From Callorhinchus milii (Eukaryota): a DNA stretch of 64,000 bases. The stretch spans positions 62,001 to 126,000 of the forward strand of contig NW_024704824.1 of NCBI RefSeq assembly GCF_018977255.1, in the 5' to 3' direction. Positions 35,083-47,326 of the stretch are shown piece by piece; within the stretch, counting starts at the first letter, position 1; each line of letters opens with the position of its first letter. The notes below the pieces were generated by a model. That model saw only the letters and a program-made list of their open reading frames with translations, had not been told where the DNA came from and ran no database searches. The translations under genes and the position numbers were made by a program.

Positions 35083-35566
35083 GTGAGCATCCAAGTTCAG
35101 GATATAAACCATTTATTTGTTTATTGTAATTTCATAATATAGGCAACAGATACAATTGTGAAAACAATTATAAATTGTCTGTCTCTGTTTTTAATTCTGT
35201 CGATAGATTTGTCACATCTAACAAATGCCGAAAAATATTTATAGATATAAGCTGATAAGCAGATCCTCTGACATGAATAATATAAAAAATAACTTCATCA
35301 TTACACCTGAGGATATTTTAACAGGTTTTTGTGGAGCAAAGGAAGCCACATCTAAGCCACTGAGCGCAAATCAAGTTAATCCCAAGTTCTGTTGGGAGTT
35401 TTCAATCCACTCCAGTGTTCCCAGCCACACCAACAATTATAAACCACTGCGCACAGACTGAGCAGAGACACACTTTACTCTCAGCTTGTTCAGCGGTATC
35501 TTGTGCTTGAAGGCTTTCTCTGATTGACGGCATCAGTGTATTGATTTGATTTTATTGTTTCCACAG

Positions 35567-35958
35567 TTGAGTACAGGAAACAACCTTCAGTGTATCTGCT
35601 TCTCCCATCGGCAGAAGAATTGTCTGCTCAGCAGTCTCTCACCCTCAGTTGCCTGGTGAAGAACTTCGCTCCCAAAGAGATCTTTGTGGAGTGGACTGTG
35701 AATGACCAATCGATTGATGCCAACAAATACAAGAACACTGAGGTGATGGCAGACAGTGCAGATGGCGATTACTCCATGTACAGCATGTTATCCATCTCAG
35801 CCGGAGATTGGGACAGAGGCTATTCCTACTCCTGTGTGGTCGGACATGAAACTTTCCCACTGAAGACCCTGACCAGAGCCGTTAATAAATCCAGCGGTAA
35901 ACCGAGTTTTGTAAACATTTCCCTTGTCCTGATGGACACCGTGAATGCCTGTCAATGA
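35567..35958 (+). CDS. IGHM: IgM CH4 exon plus secretory tail, cluster 2
   Basis: CCACAG acceptor; [11 protein letters not shown]...[20 protein letters not shown]; internal TM donor after 35896; AATAAA at 36045. Confidence 0.96.
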
Positions 35959-36689
35959 GGCTCTCAATACCATTTTGCTTATTTTTTGTGCACCCGCCTC
36001 CCGACCATTGCATTGTCAGTTTGGAGTCATGAAAAAGTAACTCAAATAAAGATCATTGTTGTATTTATGAGTCAGGTACAGAGGGGATGATTTCCAATTA
36101 ATTGCGCAGACAATTTTCAGAGTGAGGAATGATACACCTTTTGTTTGAAGCGATGATAGTATCAAGTTAGTAGAACAGTCAGTTTGGTTTGGATATTCTT
36201 AAGCACAGGGATGGATTTCCACTTGTTTTTGTTAAACTAAATACTGCTGAAGGACAGACACAGATCGCGGTACAGCAACATGTTCACGAATACACCCACT
36301 GAGCCATTCTCGTTGGTTGAAAAACAAACACTCATTCACATTCACATCCACACACACTCACACACACTCACATCCACCCACGCCCACATAGACACACATA
36401 CAATCTCATCCACTGAGGCCCCCACACTCAACACAGCACAGGCCCACACACACTCACACCACACAGGCCCAGGCCCACACACACTGACACACACTCACAC
36501 AACACAGGCCCACACACACTGACACACACTCACACAACACAGAACCACAATCAACTCACACACACTCATACCCACCCAGACCGATACACATTGACAAACA
36601 CCCACATCCATCTCGGGCCACCCAGAAGCACACACTCATTCACAAACACATCCACCCGGTCCATGCACACTCACATACATTAACACGAC

Positions 36690-37130
36690 AACAACAACAA
36701 CAAGATTCCATTTATTGAGCGCCTTTAACGTCGGGATGAGGTCGCAAGGCGCTGTACAGTTAGGTCAGGACCCGAGCAAGGGGGAGAATGGTCAGAGTGA
36801 GGGGAGGGAAGGGAGGGAGCGAGGAGGGAGTAGAGAGTCGAGAGGGGAGTTGAAGGCTCGGTCAAAGAGAAAGGTATTGAGACTGGCCTTGAAGGAGGAA
36901 AGGGAGGAAGCAAGGCCATGACACTGGGGGATAGAGTTCCAGAGCCTTGGGGCTGAGAGGCTGAAGGCCCGGCCACCGATGGTAGGGCGGTTGGGGCGGG
37001 GGATGTGGAGCAGACCGGAGCCAGAGGAACGGAGGGTACGGGTAGGTAGGGGGATAGTAGGTCAGAGAGGTAGGAGGGAGCAAGGCCGTGAATGGCCTTG
37101 TAGGTGAGGATGAGGATCTTGAATTCGAAA
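36690..37130 (-). mobile_element. L2 3' fragment in CH4-TM1 intron, copy 2 only
   Basis: FKILILTYKAIHGLAPSYLSDLLSPY; (CAA)n on plus strand; absent at paralogous 6570. Confidence 0.85.
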
Positions 37131-38388
37131 CTCCAATTGAAACAAAACTGCATTGCTGTGGCACTTCACCAAGTAGGACACCCACACTGTCAGGAAACTG
37201 GCTTCTTCCCTTTTATACATTGCTGTAATAAATACAACTCAATGTCACCATTTTCCTTGAGCTGAATCTGCAGGTTTTTCAGAATATGATACATGTTTTG
37301 TTCTCTAAGATAGGAAACATCACCTTGACAGTGAGTGTCAGTGCCTGATCCCTTCCCCAATCAGTCTCACATGGCCACATGCAGCAAAGGTGGTAATCAA
37401 TAAAGCTCAGGGATGAACCGTTACACTTAACCCTCAATCCCTTCAGCTGATGTAACCTGACGTTTGTGTCGGTTCCTCTATTGCTTTACAGCAATATTAA
37501 CCATTTTGAAATAGGCACAGTGCCATTGATAAAAATATTGATGATGACATAATATGGTAAAGGACACAGTCAGGAATAACATGGGGAATGGCAGAAAGTT
37601 ACAGAGCGTTCGGCTGAGTTGGCAGAAAAGTGGAAATGAAGTTCAACATTGAGACAGCAGTTTTTTGAAAGTATATTTAGGAAAAATTATCATTAAAGTT
37701 ATTACAACAAAATAATTCTTATATAAGTGGAATGAAGAAAACTTGGGAGTATAAATCGATGGGATTCAATATCAAAAAAGCATCAAAATGTATTCAGTGT
37801 TTTTCAGAGCGGAAATTGATTGCCAATTCTATGCAAAGTTAGCAGGATTGTGGGTGGGGCACTGCGTGCAGTTCTGGACAGTGTTATACAGTTATACAAA
37901 CAGTATAAAACACCCAGGAATGTCACTGAAAAATATAACGGCAGAGTCGGTATTTATTTAGATATACACCGTACTTCTACTACCAGTTTTTTTTTGAATA
38001 GTCACAGTGTGAACATGGAAAAGAACAGCAGAAAGGTGGAATTTGAGCATTGGAGTAGATTTGGCCATTTTCTACCAGAAGACTCTCAATGGGAGGATTT
38101 CCACCTTTTGTAATTCCACAAGTTTAATTTTCTCAACGTGTTACCAAAATTCTTCTCTGGATTCAATATTTTTTGGAACAAATAAACAAACAATAAAATC
38201 AATTACTTTTTCATCTCTCTGAAAATTAAAAGTTTTGAAGCTTTGGCAGGAGGTTCTGTGTAGTTCAGTAGAGGGAGGGAGCCCACGATCAACTGGTAAA
38301 CTTTATATACATTAATAGTCAAAAGGGAAAAGAAGAAAAGTCTCAGGTTTCAATCCCCTCTGAATATATTTCTTTTTCATCCTCACAG

Positions 38389-38522
38389 AGGTGAGCCCAA
38401 CCGAGACGATGCTGGAAGGTTTTCAACAAGATGAACATGACAACCTCTGGCCGACAGCTTCCACCTTCATCATTCTCTTATTCCTGAGTATTTTCTACAG
38501 TGCCACGGTCACACTATTTAAG
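38389..38522 (+). CDS. IGHM: IgM TM1 exon, cluster 2
   Basis: CCTCACAG acceptor; [45 protein letters not shown]; GT at 38523. Confidence 0.93.
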
Positions 38523-39010
38523 GTGGGGAGAGGAAATTCTTTGACACTATGATCTGATGTAACAGCTGCCGGTAAATAATTCTTCCACGGGAACTGATGG
38601 TGAAGCTCATTGCAGCCACTGTGCTGGGAAACTCCCCCTGTCCCCACAGGACAGGATCCGTGTGACCAAGCTGTGTGAGGTTGATGGACATATCCTCTCA
38701 CCATTACACACCCTATCACACCTGACATATGCTCACCTGGTATAGCCGCAGGCAAGGAGCGAGGCTCATTTACTGATCTTGTGGATCTTTCAGTATATTG
38801 TGGATACTTGAAAGCGAAGGGTTTCTGCCTGTATAAGGCAATGACAGACCAATACCCACGGACACAGTATCAGTTGGGATTGTGTGTGTTTGTGGTGGTG
38901 GTGGGGGGGGGGATGTGTGGACATTCATATACATACATAAACACAATATGAAATACTAAATCTCCTCCCAGGCTGAAATTATTCATCATATATTTACTTT
39001 TATTTTCCAG

Positions 39011-39019
39011 GTAAAATGA
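39011..39019 (+). CDS. IGHM: IgM TM2 exon (VK-stop), cluster 2
   Basis: TATTTTCCAG|GTAAAATGA; AATAAA at 39416. Confidence 0.9.
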   Translation, partial: VK

Positions 39020-42000
39020 GTTTATTACCATCAGCTTTACCGATGTTCCTCATCTGTTTGTGTTTATCTTCAATGTCCTGTGACAGAATATGCGATGTCT
39101 TGTTTCACCCATTGAACACATTCATGGGAAATAAATATTGTAATATGCAACGACGTTAATTTTAGTGACTTTTCTTATTGTTAGTTTATGTTACAATGTG
39201 CCTTTTGTTAAAAATATATAACGTTTTTATTTCATGTACTGTCACACCTCTCTGATATTCTTTATTTGCTGTTTACTGTTTGTGTGGTGCAATGATACAG
39301 AAAGACAGAGGCTGTTATATTTTGTCCTTTTATTTCATTCTGAAGATGTGTATTTGTGATCCGGTCCTATTCCATAATGCCTACAGATTCTCTATATTTG
39401 TTTGCCCGAAGTATCAATAAATGATAAAAGTTAGTGAGCTGTTTGATCTGTGTCTTTCCTGTTCCCTTTGTGTCAATGCCGCCTTGACTTCTGATCCAAA
39501 TTGTTCAGATTCACAGAAGCTCAACATTAAACAAAAGCTGTTGAATGAACTGTCCGACTTCAGTTCGGGTTTTGCTGGAACAAATAATGGGCGACAATCT
39601 TTGTACTTGAATTGCTTCTCCGCTCCAGTGACCAGCAGCTGCTTCCATCCCCCAATGATCAGCCCCACACCCAGATACAGCTTCAGACACATGGCTATTC
39701 TAATATAGTAACACGCAGCTCTGTGTTATAGTATTTATAGCACAATGTGAGTGTGCAATGTGTTTGATATATGCAGAGAGCTTCATCTCCTGCCTGTGCT
39801 GAGCTGACAATCTGAGCAGCACCACAGTGGGAGGCCATGAAGCCCAAATCCCAGCTGTGGGCAGTTGGGCTGCTGTGTTGGCCCAGACTCCTCTTCACAG
39901 TTTAAACTGTGAAAGGCTTTGGGACGTCTTGCTGACGTGGCAGCAAACAACATGTGCAACCACTTGAGACAGAGGTTTTTGGCTCAAATCCACATCGGCA
40001 TTTGACAATAATGGAGTTGATGTTTGTGAAATACACTCCAATGCTCTGCTGGGGTTGTGCCGTGTTGTTATGGGTTTGGTTCTTCGGTCCTTTTGCCTTC
40101 TTACCAAACTATTGAAGTGCTTTGACACATCTCCTTGATGTGAAAAGCTCCATAACAAACCTCAGGATTACTACTGAGATGGTCGACTTTCAGCAAACAG
40201 AAAATCAATAAGTACATCTTTCATATGTTAGTTTCAACATTAGAGAGACAGACAGACACGTGCAATAATCCGTTTGCCGTTTCACCTATTTCAATATTTT
40301 AAAGAAAATGAACAGATCCAGAATTAATATTGTCGCCATTCCACAGAAACTCCCTGCACAGAAGCACATATTTGCGTCCATTGTTGGCTGTTATTTTCTC
40401 CAAAATTAATATTTGCATAACTCGAACAGTAAGTATTTCCCCGCTCTCCCCCATATACCCTTCTAACCCAGTTCACAGCCAATTCTATTGATTAATATGG
40501 AACACTGATAACCCGCTCAGTGCGGAAATGTGGTGTAACATTTATCTTTATGATTCTGCTTCGACCAAAGATCAAGCCCTGATCTATATTGAAGCTAAAT
40601 ATATGCACAAATGTCTTAACTAGTCAGAGCAGTTGAATTACAACTATCGCTGTTGGCTATCAATTATTCTACTTCCCCTCCCCCGCACACACTCCCTCCA
40701 TCCCTAATGTTCTCTGGAGCAAAGAAAATGTCAAATGTTTTTCTAACCGGTTGTTGGATTACCTGTACAGATTCACTGTGCCCATAGCGTAGTGATGTGC
40801 TTCACGTTCCACTGAGGGAAAGTGCAGTCTTATTGATGTTGATGTACTAAACAAGACTTGCAGGACAAACTTGTTGTTCAGAGATAGATAACTTTAAACA
40901 TTTTTTAAACGAGAAACATGACGGCTGAGGTTCTATAAAGGGAGTGCTGTGGAATCCTGTAGCTCAGTGGTTAAAGCACTCGCATTGCAAGCGAGACACC
41001 TGGGTTGATTCCAGGCCGGGCGAAACCTTGGCCAAGTTTCCTTACTCCACACACCAAATAATAATCCCTCCAAAAAACAAATTGGTCATTTTGAATTCAC
41101 GACTGTTTGTGGGACACTGCTGTGCGCAATTGGCTGCCGCGTTTCACCTACAAATATACAGTCAATTCACTTTACAGCATATTCCGTGAAGCGCTTTGAG
41201 ACGTCGAGAAGACGTGAAAGGCGCTGTGTCAAATGCAAGGATTATTATTAGTAGTAGACTTATTATTATATTGCATTCAGTGTTTTAAGCATTTTTTATC
41301 CTCAGTTATATCCGCTTTTAATCTGAGCTGATCTACTGCAACAGATCAGTTTGAACATAAGAATTGTTAGTCGAAAAAAGATCATGGTCTGTCCAGTTTG
41401 CCTTCCACCATCCTGGAAGTCACATGCACATGTCAGGCTCACACTATATCCCACAATATTATTTCCTAAAATACATCCATCTAATTTGCTTTTAAAGGAA
41501 TCAACAAGTTGTGTTTCAACCATCTCCCGAGGGAGACTGTTCCATACGTTTGCTGCTCACTCGCTGAAATAGTATTTACGCAGATGTATTTTGAATTTCA
41601 AATGCAGGCCATGTCCTCTGTGTAGCCGCCACTCTGTACATGTATTTTACTTCCTACCGTTCATCTTTATGAGAATCAGCACAACAGGGAAGGAATTTCG
41701 CTTGTGTCACACTTTACCGTTTAATGCAGAATTTTATTCTGATCAAAACTTGGCAAATTGTAAAATACAGCCATAAATGTAACGTACCATTTGCCCAAAT
41801 TTATTGTATCAACGACAGCAAACTGGTGACAACAACACCAAATTACTTTGGTAAAGCGTCTTTGATGCTGGGAGGACGTCCCAATGCACTGAATCACCAC
41901 ACAATTGGTCAATGTATATGAAAGAGGGGTCGGTTGATGAAGAATTTCACAGGAGACAAAACTCTGTTTGGGGAACAGTTTAACTACAACTGTTCTTCAG

Positions 42001-45000
42001 GAAACCCTTAATGTCTGGAATGGAATGTGTAAATCTCTTCCAGGAGGAGCAGACCTTTCCAACCTAATTCAGGTGCATTTCAGACGCTGGTTCGTTAGGC
42101 TTTGGAAGTGTAACTGCTGGGGTTTCATCAGTTGAATGTGAAATCTTGCGATTGCACGCACTGTCTGGCAAGTTTCCTGTGACTTGACCAGTTAGAATTA
42201 TCCCCTGTGTTAGTGCTTTGACCTGCAGGGTTAACAGGACTTAAATGGGATGAATCTCCAATGCCCACTGTGACTGCTTTGCCCACTGGTCCTGCCAATC
42301 GGGCAGGCAGACAGGCTGGTTTGCCAACAGCAGGACCTGGATTACATCCGAACCCACGTGGCTCACGAACCCGATTATCGAGGATTGTCACAGAGGATTG
42401 ACTCAGTTCCACATTTTATTGCCAACCGTTCCACCGAGGAGTGAATTCATTTCCAATAAGAAACCTAAACCCCCAACACTCCCCCACCCCCTTCCCACCA
42501 CAACACACACACACCGCCCCTGTACTCCATATGGATAGTCAAATTAAAGTACAAATCACAATTGATAACTTGGAGAAAAAATTATTGAAATTAACCCTTT
42601 TACTAAAACCTGCTGCCCCAGGTCAAACAACACTTACAAGAAATCATTGACATTGGCACGTGTTGGTCTGAGAAAGAGTCAGTTTCTTATCTGCAGGAAA
42701 CACCTGCACTTTCTGACACTAAATTAGAGCGATTTCCTCCTAATGTAAAACTGACCTGAAAGCCATCTGCTAGAAACTGGTTCAAAATGTTCCACCGAAC
42801 AACACAGAGCGTCCTCCATATATGGCTTCTGTCTGTGGAAATAAAATAATTGTCAAATTAAAGTCTCAGATATAGTTCTGCAGAGGTTACAAAAACTGTT
42901 GATCGGCATTTGTAACTATTGGGGAATACTTCACACTACAGCATTAATATTATCCGGCAACAAACCAATGACAAACACCAGATAAACATGTTACAGAGCT
43001 TAAAACTTCTTGGTTTCTTGGTTATTTCATGTTTCTGTAACTATAATCCCTCCACCCAAACTGTATATCACAAAAGTAAAACAAATATTCGAAACCTATT
43101 GCAGGTAAATTAGCATCAGAGAGAATAACAATTTGCAGTTGTTATTATGGCCGCCTTATTACAAACTAACAGCAATATGAGGAACACGTGTGATGGCAGA
43201 ACAGGAACCTTTTTCATTGAGTATAATTGATCTTTGGAAATCTATCTTAGAGACTGTTACTATGAAGCCAAATCTGTTCAGGAAATAAAGCAGCTTTTGT
43301 GTCTAAGTGTTCATATAAAGTGTTTGGAAACAAGTAAATTGTTTGTATTGTGTCTGAACGCTGAACTATGTGTATTAACTCGGCTCAGTTGGCAGCACTC
43401 TCGCCTGTCAGTCAGAAGGCCGTGGGTTCAAGCCCTGTGTCTGTGTGTGGAGCTCAGGAACTCTCGGCATTGCAGTGCAGGGGCTGAGCTGTATTGGAGG
43501 AGATTTGGTCGTCTGTTTCTGTGGATGTTATAGAACACATTCCTCTGTTTAAAAAAAAGGACATTTCTCAAATGGGGATTGTTGGCCAGGATACAGGGAG
43601 ACACTCCCTTCTCGTGTCGAATAGTGCCCTGGGATCTTTAACATCGACCTGAACAGACAGACAAACCTCTGTTTAATGTCCCATCTGAAGGATTGCGTCC
43701 CTCACAACACAGCACAGCCCCGGCAGTGTTTTGTCGTATCAGCCGGGACTATATGAGTTTAAAATGCCGATGTGGGTCGTGTACACACAACCTTAGAGTC
43801 AGAGGCAAAACTGTTGCCATGTGATACTGACTAATACACACTTCACGGCTGCTTGGCATCGGCTGCAAAACACAGGCACTAAACTCTGCTGTAAATCATG
43901 TGCAGTGATGAAAATATTCTCCTGACATGAAAGGCGCTGTATAAAATGTAAAGATTATTATATTCTCTGTGTATTACAGGTGTTAAAACATAACATTTAA
44001 AACCTACACCGGTGAAACAACATCTGAGAGAACAATAATTGAGAGTGTCCATTTTCCCCTCAATCAGAGAACCAAAGAAGTTTACAACATAGAAAAGGTA
44101 ACTTGTTCTATTCTGTGTCTGTTGGTTCTTTTAATTGCAAACCTTTGTATCCCGTTCACTCGCTCTGTTCATATACACCAATAGTTGACTCCAGTTCAGC
44201 TTTGTTTCTGGTTCTTTTCAAAACTAATATGGATTTTTATCACAACACCTGAGCCAGTCAGCCCACTCCATATCCAAACCACTCTGTGCAATAATAAACG
44301 AACATCGCCATTAGCTCGTTTGCTAACTATCTTAAATTAATATCCTTCAGTCACCCATTTACTGAACAGTAGCAATATATTCTCTACATCAGCTCTATCA
44401 ATAACTCAGATAATTTAAAGCCCTCTATCAGGCCATCTCTCAGCCATTTTTCATTAGATTTCCACCATTAATGTGGAGTCATTGTGGAGTCCTGTTTCTC
44501 ACTGTTTAGAGGACCAGCCTCACAAGCAGGAGACCGGGTCCGATTACTGACAGAAAAAAAATGTGGGCAAGTTTCCTTGCTCCACACGTGAGACAATAAT
44601 ACTTGAAGAAAAATAAATAACAATAAAGGTAATTTCAATCCACGACTATTGTAGGACACTGCTGTGTTGCAATTGGCTGCCGAGTTTCGCCCACAAATAT
44701 TCAATCAATTCACTTTACAGTATATTTTGTGAAGCTCTTTAAGACGTTCACAAGATGTGAAAAGCGCTATATCGAATGCAAGGATTATTATTATTATATT
44801 ATTATTATTCCCAGATTTTCTGTTTATTTCTGATATCTTAATATGGAAAATATCTTAATATTTGCTATTTCTCTGTTTCACTCATCTGACAATGTAATCG
44901 ATGTTATTTTATTACAAATGATTTCAAATAGCGTGAAGCTGGTCTTGTTGTGGAAAGATTAAAATTGATTCTACATTACTCCGCAACTGTTAAGAGCTCT

Positions 45001-46446
45001 GAGACGCCCCCTGCGTTGAGGACGCTATATAACTGCAAGTTGTTATTGCTGCTGTTGTTGTTGTATCTGAATACAGACTTCCCAGGGCACCACGGCTCAA
45101 AGTGCAGTGACAATAAGTTACACACATCATCTGTCAGGGTGTGCTATCTGCGGAGCCTGTGCTCTGTGGGCAGTGAAGGCTTTGCTGTTGATCTGCAGAT
45201 GAAAATCGTGTTAGTGGAAGCGTTAGAGAGCGTCACCAGTCACAGTGATCACAGGCAAAGCTTTCTCTCATTGGCTGCAGCAAACGGCAGTGACATTTGA
45301 GAAGACAAATCCCATTTAAACAATCTGGAGCATCAATTGGCAATTATTCCATTGATTAATACATATTTATTGAACACCGATATCTTTAGTTTAACCTTAA
45401 TTGTCCACAGGAGCTTTGTACATTTTAAAACAAAATGGACTCACAGATTAAACGTATCTGATCTCACAGATTGTTACGCGTCAGATCGATTGTCTCCTTG
45501 TAATTGTCCACTTGTTTAGTTTAAAGGAAAGATGGGCCATTGGACAGACAGATGGATAGACTTGATTCTACATCACTCCGCCACTGTTAACCCCTCTGAG
45601 ACACTACCCTGCGTGTAGGGCGCTATATAAGTGCAAGTTGTTGTTGTTGTATTCTGAATACAGACTTCCTGGGTCACAATGGCTCAAAGTTCGGATGGAC
45701 AGACTGGATGGCTGGACAGGTTGGGTTGAAGAGGAAATGGGCAAACGGTTGGGTTCAGTTGTTTGTATGTTGTTATGGATCGATGGATCAGTGTCTGGGT
45801 GGACTGACAGATGAATGGATGGACCATTGATGTATATATTCCCTTCAAAAGTTATGAAATCCAAAGGCATTTGAAGCCGCTGCTCAAGAAACTCACAATT
45901 CACAATTGTGCCCAAAAATTAAAAGCACTGAAAGCGTTCAAGGTTCAACATTGGTCCTGCAGCGCCACTCAGCGCTTACATTAGAAAATGCACTCACATT
46001 TGGTTGAAAGACAGCGATTTCTTTAACTTGAATTAAATACTAATGACAATGTAATTGTTTTATATTCTATCAAAATTACAGATATTGTAGAAACATAACA
46101 TCATAGATTATTACAGCACACAAGCAGACCATTTGGCCCATCATGTCTGTATGGGCTCAATGGAAGAGCGATCCAATCAGTCCCACTCCCCCACTCACTC
46201 CCCAATGTGAATTTTCCTATTTCAAGTTTCTATCGAATTCGCGTAAGAAAGTGCTTATTGAATCTGTTTCCACCACACTTTCAGGCTGTGCATTCCAGAC
46301 AATAACAACTCTCAATACAATGAATTCTCATCTCCCCTCTGGTTGTTTTTCCAATTATCCTGAATGTATATCCTCTGGTTACTCATCCACCTGCCACAGG
46401 AAATAGTTTGTCCCTCTATCATTTAGCAAAACCTCTCAGAATTTTG

Positions 46447-47326
46447 TATCATAGAATCATAGAATCATAGAATGTTACAGCACAGAAGGAGGCCATTCGG
46501 CCCATCGAGTCTGAGCGGCTCTTTCACAGAGCCACTGACTTTTATTAACCCCACTCACCAGCTTTCTCCCCATAACCCTGCAAACCTGTCTTCCCAGATA
46601 CCTATCCAGTTCTCTCTTAAAAGCTGTTATCGAATCGGACTTCACTGCCCTTTCGGGCAGATCATTCCAAATTCTAACAACTCGCTGAGTGAAAGCATTT
46701 CTTCTAACCTCCTCTCTGCTTCTTTTGGAAGATATATTAAGACTGTGACCACGAGTCACAGACACACCTACCAGCGGAAACAGCTTTTCCCTATCTCGCC
46801 TGTCGAAACCTTTCATGATCTTGAAGACCTCTATCAGGTCCCCACGTAACCTTCTCTGCTCTCATGGGAAAAGACCTGAGTTTTGCAGCCTGTCCTCATA
46901 GCTAAGCTTCCCCATTCCTGGTATCATTCTCGTGAATCTCCTCTGCACCCCTTCCAGTGCCTTAATATCCTTCCTGAGGTAAGTTACCCTGAACTGAACG
47001 CAGTACTCCAGCTGAGGCTTAACCAGTGTTTTGTACAGCTTGAGCATAACCTCCTACTCTTATACTCTATGGCCCTACTAATGACGCTCAGTACACCAAA
47101 TGCCCTTTTTACTGCCCTATCTACCTGCTCTGCCACCTTCAATGAATCGCTTACTTGAACGCCCAGATCTCTCTGTACGTTCACCCCCTTCAGATTGAGC
47201 TCCCAAGCCTATATTGCCTCCTATCATTTTTCCTCCCTAAGTGTATCACCTCGCACTTATCTACATTGAAATCCATCTGCCACATGTCAGCCCATTCCAC
47301 CATTCTGTGTATGTCTGCCTGGAGTC
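46447..47326 (-). mobile_element. Younger CR1 LINE 3' part (continues at about 51050-51175)
   Basis: (ATAGAATC)n tail at 46447-46475; LKLYKTLVKPQLEYCVQF...KDIKALEGVQRRFTRMIPGM; the CR1 sequence resumes after the L2 insertion. Confidence 0.88.
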
